A stretch of 32,000 nt of DNA from contig NZ_CP007536.1 in NCBI RefSeq assembly GCF_000698785.1, forward strand, positions 1,830,001 to 1,862,000. Reading direction: 5' to 3'. The position numbers and the translations under genes were made by a program. The notes under the pieces were generated by a model, which saw nothing but the letters and a program-made list of their open reading frames with translations, had not been told where the DNA came from and searched no databases. Position 1 is the first letter of the stretch, and every line of letters starts with the position of its first letter. This document shows positions 23,282 to 31,752 of the stretch, piece after piece. The stretch comes from Nitrososphaera viennensis EN76 (GTDB taxonomy: Archaea; Thermoproteota; Nitrososphaeria; Nitrososphaerales; Nitrososphaeraceae).

Positions 23282-25963
23282 ATGCCCAAGTTCCATGTAG
23301 GCCAAACTGATGGTGGTGGCGACAGCAGCAAGTTCGAGATCGACGTTGCGTCACTCACAAAGCATGCCATCATCCTCGGCGCCACCGGCTCTGGCAAGAC
23401 CGTGCTTTCAAAAGTGCTCGTAGAAGAGGCGGCACTTCAGGGCATCCCGACCTTTGCCATCGACCCAAAGGGCGACATTGGCAACCTTGCGTTCAAGTCC
23501 GCGACTTTTGACTTTTCCAAATGGTCGGAAAAAGAGGCCGACGCGCTGAAAATAGACAGGACAGAGTACGCCAAGAGCCTGCAAAAGATGTACGCCGACA
23601 GGATGGCCGAGTTTGCAGTCAGGCAGGATGCGCATGCAGAATTTGCAAAAACCGTCACGGTCAGGATATTCACGCCCAAGTCGTCCGCCGGCCTGCCGGT
23701 AGGCATCTCGCCGGACCTCTCTGCGCCAAAGGACTTTTCCCGACTCTTGCAGAGCGACGTGTCGGCCGCGGCTGACCTGCTTGACCTCACCTCGTACAAC
23801 CTGCTGAGGCTTGCCGGCTATGGCGAGGACGACAGGAAAGAGATAACGTTTGTCTCTGCTCTTTTAGAGGATGCCTGGAAGTCCGGCCAGTCAGTGACGG
23901 TAAAGGACCTGATAAGGAGGATAGAGAGCCCTCCAATCAGCACTGTGGGCTCGCTCCACGTGTCCGATGTCCTCGGCGACAAGGACCGGCGCAAGCTGGT
24001 TACCAAGATAAACCTGCTGATTTCAGACCCCAAGCTGCGCTCGTGGTCAGCGGCAGAATCCCTGGACTTTTCAGAGCTGATGAAGGGCCCGTCGATAAAC
24101 GTGCTTGACCTGCGCAACATCCAGTCAGAGCAGGAAAAGCACCTGTTTGTAGAGCTTGTTCTGCAGCAGCTGTTCCAGTGGCTGATAAAGCAGGGGAGCG
24201 CCCAGACGCTGCGCTACCTCCTGTATTTTGACGAGATAGCAGGCTATTGCCCGCCTGTCCGGGAGCCGCCGTCCAAAAAGCTCCTCCTCTTGCTGATAAA
24301 GCAGGCAAGGGCGTTTGGCCTCGGCCTGCTGCTTGCAAGCCAGAACGCGGTTGACCTCGACTACAAGGTGATTTCAAACGCCAACGTGCGGTTCATAGGC
24401 AGGCTTGGCGCGCAGCGCGACATCCAGCGCGTGAGTGTCGGGCTTGAGCTGGATTCGTTTGCGGAAAAAGAGATCTCCCGGCTAAAGGCCGGCGAGTTTT
24501 TCTGCAACACGTTTGACCCCAAGTTCCGCGGCGTGATAAAGTCAAGGTGGACGCTCACCTACCACCGCGGGCCCCTTGAAAACGGCGAGATAGCCGAGCT
24601 TATGGAGGGCATGAAGGAGGAGGCCCGGCAAGCTGGACAAGTAAAGACAGCAACAGTGGCAGCAACAGAAGAAGTAGGAGAAGAGGCCGAGCCCAAAGTT
24701 GAGGCACTGGCAGAGGAGGAGCCAACAGCAGCAAAAGAAGAAGAAAAGCTTCTCGCAAAACCCAAGCAGGAAATCCACGACGACTTCCTGATAGCGGCAG
24801 GCGCGCACGCCACCACGTTTATGCAGCTAGAGAGAAAATTCGAACCAAAGAACTTGCAAAGCTTTGCCAAGCTCGGCAACAACGTCAGGTCCATAAGGGT
24901 TCTATCGACAGAGCAGGAAGAGGTCTTCCACCCCATCTTTGAGCTGAGCGCGTCTGTCTTTGAAAAGGGCTTTGCCAAGCAGTCGCTTGACAAGCTGGAA
25001 GAGCTTGCCGCGTTTGAAAGCCAGCTGGTCCCGCTTCCGGCCGCACACACGCTTGCGCCGCAGCGGGCAGTCCCGGCGGAGGCAAGGCGCGAGGCAGAAA
25101 AATGGAAGGGCGAGCTTGAAAAGAGGACCGCGACTCTCAAGGCGGACCTTCAGGCCAAGTTTGACGTTATAATGGAAGAAAAGAGGATCGAGCACATTGC
25201 AGAAAAGCAGGCAAGGCCAAAGGCCAAGATGGCTGACATTGATGCAAGCATAGCCCGGCTGCAGGATGCGCTAAACGCCGAGCTTGACTCGGTAAAGGAC
25301 CAAGAAAAGCTGTACAAGCAGCTAAAGAAGGAAAAGGCCAAAAAATCAAGGCTGATATCGGCAGAGAACCGGATAGAGACGAAAAAGCAAAAGGTTGTCA
25401 CCACAAGGCGCAAGATAGAGCAGCTGCACACCGACAGGCAGGCCCTTGAGGACAAGCTTGCCGAAATGGAAGAAGAGGAAAACGAAAAATTCCATGCCGC
25501 GCTCTCTCAAATCAAGAGCAAGTCCAGTTTTGCCATCGTCGGCTGGCTCATCGAAACCGTCTACCGCGCAAGGATAATAGTAAATGACAAAAAAGAGCAC
25601 GCCGGCGACGTGCGGTGGAGTTCGTACACCGGCAGGGGCACGTGGGGCCGCTGCTCCGCTTGCTCCATCCCGCTAGAGTCTGGCTCGGCATGCAGCTGCG
25701 GCAACCTGATGTGCAACCGCCACCTCGCTTACTGCAAGGCGTGCCTGGAGCCGGCGTGCACGGACCACCGCGCGCTGTGCTACATATGCAATTCTACCTT
25801 TTGCGCAAGGCACAGCGCAAGATGCGAATTGTGCGGCCTGCCTGCCTGCACAGGCCACAGCGGCGCGTGCAGCATGTGCAACAGAAAAGTGTGCAACAAC
25901 TGCTCGCAAAAGAAGGGCCTCATAAAAAGAGAAATCGTGTGCCGCTCGTGCTCACCATCATAA
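23282..25963 (+). CDS. HerA/FtsK-superfamily (DUF853/YjgR-like) P-loop ATPase fused to an acidic linker, a long coiled coil and a C-terminal Cys/His zinc-module array
   Basis: The Walker A context is KHAIILGATGSGKTVLSKVLVEEAALQGIPTFAIDPKGDIGNL. The Walker B is YLLYFDEIAGY, followed by LLLASQNAVDLDYKVISNANVRFIGRL. There is an E/K-rich heptad-like region at about aa 620-760. The last 105 aa contain 24 Cys. A TATA-like CTTTTTAAC lies at 23251-23259. Confidence 0.85.
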   Translation: MPKFHVGQTDGGGDSSKFEIDVASLTKHAIILGATGSGKTVLSKVLVEEAALQGIPTFAIDPKGDIGNLAFKSATFDFSKWSEKEADALKIDRTEYAKSLQKMYADRMAEFAVRQDAHAEFAKTVTVRIFTPKSSAGLPVGISPDLSAPKDFSRLLQSDVSAAADLLDLTSYNLLRLAGYGEDDRKEITFVSALLEDAWKSGQSVTVKDLIRRIESPPISTVGSLHVSDVLGDKDRRKLVTKINLLISDPKLRSWSAAESLDFSELMKGPSINVLDLRNIQSEQEKHLFVELVLQQLFQWLIKQGSAQTLRYLLYFDEIAGYCPPVREPPSKKLLLLLIKQARAFGLGLLLASQNAVDLDYKVISNANVRFIGRLGAQRDIQRVSVGLELDSFAEKEISRLKAGEFFCNTFDPKFRGVIKSRWTLTYHRGPLENGEIAELMEGMKEEARQAGQVKTATVAATEEVGEEAEPKVEALAEEEPTAAKEEEKLLAKPKQEIHDDFLIAAGAHATTFMQLERKFEPKNLQSFAKLGNNVRSIRVLSTEQEEVFHPIFELSASVFEKGFAKQSLDKLEELAAFESQLVPLPAAHTLAPQRAVPAEARREAEKWKGELEKRTATLKADLQAKFDVIMEEKRIEHIAEKQARPKAKMADIDASIARLQDALNAELDSVKDQEKLYKQLKKEKAKKSRLISAENRIETKKQKVVTTRRKIEQLHTDRQALEDKLAEMEEEENEKFHAALSQIKSKSSFAIVGWLIETVYRARIIVNDKKEHAGDVRWSSYTGRGTWGRCSACSIPLESGSACSCGNLMCNRHLAYCKACLEPACTDHRALCYICNSTFCARHSARCELCGLPACTGHSGACSMCNRKVCNNCSQKKGLIKREIVCRSCSPS

Positions 25964-26233
25964 TCAGGGTGAGCAGTCGGCAAGCGTGTGCTCGCCTGTG
26001 CGCACCGCCATGCAGTTCTGTCCAAGCGTAGTAGTGGTAGCAGCGGTAGTGGCCTGCTCGGGGGCTGGCGTTGTTGTTGATGTTGACGACGAAGGTGAAG
26101 AAGCAGGCTGTTGGTCGCCCGAGATCGCGGCCGCCACAAAGCTTGCCATGAAAAATACAAGCGATATCGCTATCATAAGGAGCAGGAGCATCCTCGACTT
26201 GTTGCTAGTCGCGCTCACATGTACACTTGGCAA
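25964..26233 (-). CDS. Small secreted or anchored Thr/Ser/Pro-rich protein (89 aa; TTG start, alternative ATG at 26191)
   Basis: The hydrophobic N-terminus MLLLLMIAISLVFFMASFVAAAISG is followed by a SSPSSSTSTTTPAPEQATTAATTTT tract and two Cys. It competes with an antisense 85-aa ORF, so it is tentative. Confidence 0.4.
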   Translation of the reverse strand: MPSVHVSATSNKSRMLLLLMIAISLVFFMASFVAAAISGDQQPASSPSSSTSTTTPAPEQATTAATTTTLGQNCMAVRTGEHTLADCSP

Positions 26234-26260
26234 AAGCAGTTAGTAATCTTTTCTATGGGC

Positions 26261-26267
26261 TTATATT
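26261..26267. promoter_or_regulatory. Shared bidirectional TATA-like element TTATATT
   Basis: It lies 24-30 nt upstream of the ATG at 26291 (plus strand) and 28-34 nt upstream of TTG 26233 (minus strand). Confidence 0.35.
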
Positions 26268-26290
26268 GCAGCCATGCCTGATAGCGCTCA

Positions 26291-26632
26291 ATGTCCGGCT
26301 CGCCCATCTCGTACCGGGACAGGATCTACATTGTCAAGGACATCATACTGAAACTGATAGAGTATGGCGAGCTGAACCAGACCGCACTTGTCAGCTTTTG
26401 CGGGCTGAACCTGAAAAAGCACAAGCCCATACTCGAAGAGCTGGAATCAAACGGCCTCATCAACAGGCAAGAGTCTGTCGCAGGCAAGCGCACCGTGACC
26501 ATTTACCGGCCTACGCAAAAGGGCCTGCAGTTTTGCAGGGACATACTGGAGCCGTACGAGCGCATGTTCCCGAGGAGAAAGGACGAAAAAGGCTCCGGCC
26601 CGGGACTGGCGATGATGCTAATCCTGATCTAG
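26291..26632 (+). CDS. Small winged-helix DNA-binding protein (putative transcriptional regulator)
   Basis: 113 aa. IVKDIILKLIEYGELNQTALVSFCGLNLKKHKPILEELESNGLINRQ...GKRTVTIYRPTQKGLQF shows an HTH plus beta-wing pattern. Confidence 0.65.
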   Translation: MSGSPISYRDRIYIVKDIILKLIEYGELNQTALVSFCGLNLKKHKPILEELESNGLINRQESVAGKRTVTIYRPTQKGLQFCRDILEPYERMFPRRKDEKGSGPGLAMMLILI

Positions 26633-27016
26633 CCCAAACTGGGAGGCTATCTTTTTGTCGATCTCTTCCTTTTCCTTCTGGTACTCGGCATAGTGCTTTT
26701 TCCACGCGCTTATGGAATAGTACTGGCGTATGCCTGTCACAAGCCAGACAAGCGAGATTATGATCACGGCGCCAAGAAGCACGCTCAGCACCAGCCCGAA
26801 CTCGTTTTCTATCTCAAGCACCGCAAAGAACGAGGGGTGGAGGAGAAGGTAGGCAGACAGCGCTATTGCAAGGGGTGCAAGAATAATTGCAGAGATGGAG
26901 ACTCCGAGCAGCACCTTTCTCAGGTGTTGTATCTGCTCGATAAAGTCGTCCAGCAGGTCCAGGATGCCCTTTCTTGGCTCGCTCAGGTCATCGTCGTCGT
27001 TGCTCACGCAAACCAC
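26618..27016 (-). CDS. Two-TM membrane protein with an acidic N-terminus
   Basis: 132 aa with two clear hydrophobic helices (LLGVSISAIILAPLAIALSAYLLL and GLVLSVLLGAVIIISLVWLVTGI). The competing plus-strand ORFs are Arg-rich and off-frame. Confidence 0.55.
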   Translation of the reverse strand: MVCVSNDDDDLSEPRKGILDLLDDFIEQIQHLRKVLLGVSISAIILAPLAIALSAYLLLHPSFFAVLEIENEFGLVLSVLLGAVIIISLVWLVTGIRQYYSISAWKKHYAEYQKEKEEIDKKIASQFGLDQD

Positions 27017-27045
27017 ATCCTGCCTTGCTGTCTCATTAACTTATC

Positions 27046-27567
27046 TCACCCCTCCACTGTTATGGTGCCCTTCATCTCCGGGTGAATGGAGCAGTAATAG
27101 TCAAAGGTGCCTGTCTTGTCTGCCACAAAGCTCACCGTCTCGGTTCCAAAGTAGCCCAGGTCCTTGGTGTGGACGTTGAACGCGTCGATGTTAAAGTTGT
27201 GCTTTGAATGCGTGTCATAGTCCTCGTTGATAAAGTGGAACGAAACCAGCTCGCCCTTTGAGTAGACATAGCTGGGGTTGATGTGCGCGCTGCTGCCACC
27301 TGTGCTCCTCAAGCCCTTGACTGAGCCTGATGCCTGGCTCAGGTAAAAGTAGCCGCTCTTGCTGTGGGTGGCCTTGATAAAGTCGTTAGTCGGAAAGCCC
27401 AGCACCGGCGAGGTCCCGTTGACCGGCACGAGCGCACGGTAGCCAAAAAATCCTACAAGCGAGACGACCGCTGCTATGGCGCCAATTGCCACGGCCCTGT
27501 TCCTGGTAAACCTTGGCTTGGGGCGCTCTTTTTGCTTTTTCATATGTATATGCCTTTGATTCTGCAA
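27046..27567 (-). CDS. Membrane-anchored type-1 (blue) copper protein, plastocyanin/amicyanin-like cupredoxin
   Basis: The C-terminal ligand set is YYCSIHPEMKG (C-x2-H-x2-M) plus an upstream SKHNF histidine. The N-terminal anchor is AVAIGAIAAVVSLVGFFGY. An alternative start lies at 27543. Confidence 0.8.
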   Translation of the reverse strand: MQNQRHIHMKKQKERPKPRFTRNRAVAIGAIAAVVSLVGFFGYRALVPVNGTSPVLGFPTNDFIKATHSKSGYFYLSQASGSVKGLRSTGGSSAHINPSYVYSKGELVSFHFINEDYDTHSKHNFNIDAFNVHTKDLGYFGTETVSFVADKTGTFDYYCSIHPEMKGTITVEG

Positions 27568-27661
27568 ATCGGTATTTAGGCCATGATTAACATAGTTAAT
27601 CCACCACCACTACTACTACAAGTCATCGTTTTTAAGGTCGCCTGCAGTATTTCCACTAGAG

Positions 27662-29230
27662 ATGTTTGAAAACGAGCACACCCTGCGCCGGTTTCTGGTC
27701 GAAAAGGCAGAAGGCCAGTTCCACGACAGGTACGAAAAGGCGCTTGAAGCCGCAAGGTCCGAGTTTGGCAAAAAGTACCCGATGATTATAGGGGGCAGGC
27801 AGGTCCTGGCGGCAAGAACGGTGCCGCACGCTTCGCCGATAGACACGAGGGTGGTGCTCGGGCGCATGCCGGCGGGGACTGCGATTCACGCAAGGCAGGC
27901 CATTGCGTCTGCCAAGAAGGCGTTTGAAGCATGGGGAAAAAGCGAGTGGCAAAAGCGGGTAAAGATATTCAGAAAGGCGGCAGACATTATGAGCGAGCGC
28001 AAGTTCGAGCTTGCCGCGTGGGTCTCGTACGAGAACGGCAAGAACCGCTACGAGGCCATAGGCGACGTCGACGAGGCGATAGACTTTGTCCGCTACTACG
28101 CCGAGGAGGTGGAGCGCAACAACGGCTTTGAAGTGCAGATGAAAAGCGCCCAGCCAAACGAAAAGAGCAAGAGCGTCATGAAGCCCTACGGCGTATGGGG
28201 GGTGATAGCCCCGTTCAACTTTCCTGCTGCGATACTGACCGGCATGACGACAGCCGCGCTTGTCACCGGCAACACGGTGGTGGTCAAGCCGTCAAGCGAC
28301 GCGCCGATAACCGCGTTCAAGATAATCCAGATTTTCCAGGAGGCGGGCCTGCCGGACGGAGCCCTCAACATGGTGTTTGGCTCTGGCGGCACGGTGGGCG
28401 CCGAGATTGTCAAGAGCAGGGACGTGTCAGGGATAGTGTTCACAGGCTCTCGCGAGGTGGGCTACTCGATGGGCAGGCAGTTCAGCAGCGAAAAGCCAAG
28501 GCCGCTGATAGCAGAGCTTGGGGGCAAGAACCCTGCAATCATCACGGAAACGGCCGACCTGGGCAAAGCAGTAGACGGCGTGATGAAGGCGGCGTTTGGC
28601 TACTCTGGCCAGAAATGCAGCGCGTGCTCGCGCGTCTTTGTGCATAAAAAGGTCAGGGACGAGTTTTTGCGCCGGCTGGTGGAAAAGACAAAGGACCTGC
28701 CGGTCGGAAACCCGCTTGAGCAGAACACCTTCATGGGGCCTGTCGTAAACAAGAGCGCCTACAAAAAGTACCAGCAGTATTCCCGGCTTGCCGACAGGGA
28801 CGGCAAGGTGCTTGCAGGAGGCTACGTTCGAAAGGACGGCGATCTAAAGCACGGCTACTACGTGGCGCCGACCATCGTAACAGGCCTGCCGAAAAAGCAC
28901 AGGCTCTTTCAGGAAGAGATGTTTGTGCCGATACTGTGCGTCACTGACTATGAGAAATTCGACGACGCGCTGCGCATGGCAAACGACGTGGACTATGGCC
29001 TTACAGCCGGCATCTTTACGGGCGACCAGGGCGAGGTCAAAAAGTTCCTCGACCACATCGAGGCCGGCGTCGTGTACGTGAACAGGCAGGCAAGCGCGAC
29101 CACCGGCGCGATGGTAGGATGCCAGCCCTTTGGCGGCTGGAAGGATTCCGGCACGACAGGCAAGAACACGGGCGGCCCGCACTACCTCACGCAATTCATG
29201 CGCGAGCAGAGCCAGACCATAGTGGATTAG
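27662..29230 (+). CDS. rocA: 1-pyrroline-5-carboxylate (L-glutamate gamma-semialdehyde) dehydrogenase, RocA-type
   Basis: It carries the ALDH catalytic motifs ELGGKNP and FGYSGQKCSACSR. It is collinear with Bacillus RocA as I recall it (EAIDFVRYYA, GVIAPFNFP, QPFGGWKDSGT). Confidence 0.9.
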   Translation: MFENEHTLRRFLVEKAEGQFHDRYEKALEAARSEFGKKYPMIIGGRQVLAARTVPHASPIDTRVVLGRMPAGTAIHARQAIASAKKAFEAWGKSEWQKRVKIFRKAADIMSERKFELAAWVSYENGKNRYEAIGDVDEAIDFVRYYAEEVERNNGFEVQMKSAQPNEKSKSVMKPYGVWGVIAPFNFPAAILTGMTTAALVTGNTVVVKPSSDAPITAFKIIQIFQEAGLPDGALNMVFGSGGTVGAEIVKSRDVSGIVFTGSREVGYSMGRQFSSEKPRPLIAELGGKNPAIITETADLGKAVDGVMKAAFGYSGQKCSACSRVFVHKKVRDEFLRRLVEKTKDLPVGNPLEQNTFMGPVVNKSAYKKYQQYSRLADRDGKVLAGGYVRKDGDLKHGYYVAPTIVTGLPKKHRLFQEEMFVPILCVTDYEKFDDALRMANDVDYGLTAGIFTGDQGEVKKFLDHIEAGVVYVNRQASATTGAMVGCQPFGGWKDSGTTGKNTGGPHYLTQFMREQSQTIVD

Positions 29231-29233
29231 CAG

Positions 29234-30124
29234 CTAGCTCTGTACGAGCGACCTTGCAAGGAGAAGCAGGTTGCGCTTGCGCTCCCTTATCCTCCGGACA
29301 GAGTAGGGAAGCCACTGGCTCCCGTACGGGATGTATTCGGCGACCGGCAGCCCCCTTGCGACCAGCTGCGACTTTAGCTCGTCGCGGATCCCCATGAGCA
29401 TCTGGAACTCGCAGTTGTTTGCGCGCAGGTTCACTGCCTCGTCAACCAGCCTGCCGTCGTGGGTGGCGACCGCAAAAAAGTTGCCGCTTTCTGCAAGCAT
29501 CTTTAGCAAGCGCGAGTAGTTGCGGTCGACCTCTTCTCCCGTGGCAAAGGCGTGCTCCTCTGGCTCGTGGTACGCGCCCTTGACCAGCCTCACCTTGCCT
29601 CCGTGCTCTATTATGTGCAGTACGTCCGCGCCGCTCCTGCGCAGGTACGCCTGTATAGCCACCCCTGTCATGGGGTGGTCCTTCAAGACCTCGAGGTAGA
29701 TGGTTATAGTGTCCTCGGTGAACCTGGCCGACTCCATGTCAATCCACAGGAACTGGCCCAGCTCTTTTGCCTTTTTTGCAAGCACGGAAAAGTTTTGCAG
29801 GCACGTGTCATAGTCGACGGCAAGCCCAAGCTGCGTCGGCTTGGTCGACACGCAGCCCCTGACGCCCCTTGCCCTCATCAGTTCCATCAGCGAGAGGTAC
29901 TCTCTGACTGCAAGCCCTACCTGCGTCCTGTCGGCTGCGTCCTCGCCAAGAAAGTTGAGTATCGCCGACATGCCGCGCCTGTTGGCGTCCAGGGCAGCGC
30001 CTATCGCCTCGCCGGCAGAGTAGCCGGCGACCCACTTTTTTGCGACACGGAAAAGCAGCCTCTCCATGAGGGTCGAGTCGTAGCTGTGCGAGTGGAGCGC
30101 CTGCGCAGTCATGGTACACATCAT
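29234..30124 (-). CDS. Proline dehydrogenase (monofunctional PutA-type TIM barrel)
   Basis: LNFLGEDA, VSTKPTQLGL, IDMESARFTEDT, VRLVKGAY and a YIPYG...YSVRRI.ER C-terminus are the proline oxidase family blocks. It converges with rocA with 3 nt between the stop codons. Confidence 0.85.
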   Translation of the reverse strand: MMCTMTAQALHSHSYDSTLMERLLFRVAKKWVAGYSAGEAIGAALDANRRGMSAILNFLGEDAADRTQVGLAVREYLSLMELMRARGVRGCVSTKPTQLGLAVDYDTCLQNFSVLAKKAKELGQFLWIDMESARFTEDTITIYLEVLKDHPMTGVAIQAYLRRSGADVLHIIEHGGKVRLVKGAYHEPEEHAFATGEEVDRNYSRLLKMLAESGNFFAVATHDGRLVDEAVNLRANNCEFQMLMGIRDELKSQLVARGLPVAEYIPYGSQWLPYSVRRIRERKRNLLLLARSLVQS

Positions 30125-30383
30125 CTACCCTTTTCATTGATATAATTATTCGTCAGTGTCGGCGGAAGGAGGAGGAAGGGAGGGGCGTGCTTCCAGTGGA
30201 ACAGCCGCTTGCTTTAAAGAATTAATTGCATCTGTCTTTTCAGACGCATACACTGAATATTATTATTTGGCGGCTACTATCTGGTCACCTGCTTACGTGG
30301 CCAGTTTGGTAGGATGGGAAAAACACAGAGAGATGTTGAACAAATGCCAGGCTGTTGCAGCGCGATTGCCGCTCTGACAGCAG

Positions 30384-30872
30384 TCACTTCATAGAGGATT
30401 GTCTTTGCAGACTCAGTTTTTTTGATTCCTCGTGTGTCAGCTCTACAGTCTTTGTCACTGCGTCAAGCAGGAAAGCCAGTTCACTGTCAGAGTATGAAGA
30501 CAAGAGTTTTTGCATTCTTTCATGTAGAGGCATAAAGATCATTTCAATTTTCCTTTCCAATTTCTTGTTCCTGATAGGCTCGACAATGGTTCGACGCCTG
30601 TCCTTTGGATCGTCCATCCTTCTTACATAGCCAGCTTTTTCCAAGCGGTCAATAATTCCTGTTACCGCACCGGTGGTCAAGCCAGTAAGCTCGGCAAGCC
30701 TGCCGGCTGGCATGGCTCCAAAACGGTGAATAAAATGCATGCATTTATGGTCAGTAATATGCAAGCCAACTATATCCGCCACGGCTTGGTGGAACAGTAT
30801 TGTCTCAGTTGACATTTCTGTAAACTTTTCGCCAATAGCTTCAATGATTTCTTCCCTCTTCATGGTTAACAA
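30384..30872 (-). CDS. MarR-family transcriptional regulator
   Basis: GRLAELTGLTTGAVTGIIDRLEKAGYVRRMDDPKDRRRTIVEP is the canonical MarR wHTH with the DPxDRR wing. Confidence 0.85.
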   Translation of the reverse strand: MLTMKREEIIEAIGEKFTEMSTETILFHQAVADIVGLHITDHKCMHFIHRFGAMPAGRLAELTGLTTGAVTGIIDRLEKAGYVRRMDDPKDRRRTIVEPIRNKKLERKIEMIFMPLHERMQKLLSSYSDSELAFLLDAVTKTVELTHEESKKLSLQRQSSMK

Positions 30873-30903
30873 TCAAGAAAGAAACAGATAAATATATTAG
30901 TCT

Positions 30904-30920
30904 ATCACTATCTTAGTGAT
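30904..30920. promoter_or_regulatory. Inverted repeat ATCACT-n5-AGTGAT in the MarR/membrane-protein divergent intergenic region (candidate MarR operator)
   Basis: Read directly. It lies beside the TATA-like ATAAATATATTA (30888-30899). By sequence alone it is statistically weak (6-bp arms). Confidence 0.3.
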
Positions 30921-31494
30921 TAAGATAATGACCGAACAAGTGAAAGCCATGGCAAACGCAAGACGCGTATTGTCAGTAGGGCTGGCCGCGGCAACGCTTG
31001 CCGTGGTCTTGACTTATGTGCTGGGCGCTCAGGCGTTGCTGCAGACCCCTCAGGCGGAGGAAGGCCACAACCTGTTTATGTCAATGTTTACGCCACTGGT
31101 TCAAGCAGTAACCGGCGGCCACTCGTCGATGTCACAGTTGCACGGCGTCCCCCCAGCGTCGCAGTCACAGATGCAAGGAACGATGGGACTAATAGGGAAT
31201 AACATCCTAGGCAGCCCGGCGGGGATGGCGGCAGGAGGGCTTGCGGCGGTGGTCGTCATGGGTGCAATCGCACTTGCGGCAGCGGCATTTGTTGTGTCGT
31301 GGAAGCAGAGGTCGTTTGTGGTGGCAGGATTGCTGGCAGTAGGTGGCGTCATCCTTATGATACTCCCTCTAGCGAACATGAACTTTGTGATTCCTGGTCC
31401 CATAATTGGAGTCGTCGTTGGGCTTGTGATTCTCGGGCTTGGTGTGGCAAAGGGCATTACATCGGCGGGACTGGCAGTGGCAGCCGCCAGATAA
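30916..31494 (+). CDS. Ala/Gly-rich integral membrane protein (GTG start; alternative ATG at 30928)
   Basis: 192 aa with an N-terminal anchor (VLSVGLAAATLAVVLTYVLG) and three C-terminal hydrophobic helices. It is divergent from the MarR gene. Confidence 0.6.
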   Translation: MIKIMTEQVKAMANARRVLSVGLAAATLAVVLTYVLGAQALLQTPQAEEGHNLFMSMFTPLVQAVTGGHSSMSQLHGVPPASQSQMQGTMGLIGNNILGSPAGMAAGGLAAVVVMGAIALAAAAFVVSWKQRSFVVAGLLAVGGVILMILPLANMNFVIPGPIIGVVVGLVILGLGVAKGITSAGLAVAAAR

Positions 31495-31752
31495 CCCCGT
31501 TTCCTTTTTTATTTACTTTAAAAGCACCGACCGACTGACTGACCAGATACATCTTGCACCAAAACGACCCTTTAATTATAATACGTGTTAAATTGTGAGC
31601 CAAGGACCGGTTCTGATTTTTCAAAATGAACATGATTGGGGCGGCGGAACTTTTGCGCGCTCGTGTGAGCATCATCACGCGTGAATTTGAAAGCAAAAAG
31701 CCGTCAATAATTTTAAATTCATTCTGTGGATATTTGTCGTAGTAAGTAGAAC

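Noticed and set aside
24559-25455. Minus-strand ORFs inside the ATPase gene (24559-25140, 193 aa; 25150-25455, 101 aa)
   Set aside because: They are antisense to the E/K-rich coiled-coil coding region, which automatically gives Ser/Phe/Leu-rich open frames. There is no independent support.
26227-26763. 178-aa plus-strand ORF overlapping the wHTH and 2-TM genes
   Set aside because: Its translation is Arg/His/Pro-rich with no motifs. The alternative frames give a clean wHTH protein (26291-26632) and a clean 2-TM protein (26618-27016).
27586-27600. AT-rich dyad ATTAAC-ata-GTTAAT upstream of the cupredoxin gene
   Set aside because: Its 6-bp AT-rich arms are at chance level, and it is more simply explained as part of the TATA/BRE region.
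29552-30145. 197-aa plus-strand ORF antisense to proline dehydrogenase
   Set aside because: It is a shadow ORF. The minus-strand frame carries all the PRODH family blocks.
30156-30377. 73-aa plus-strand ORF in the PRODH-MarR spacer
   Set aside because: It has no motifs and no obvious promoter spacing, and it lies in a probable regulatory region. It is left unannotated.
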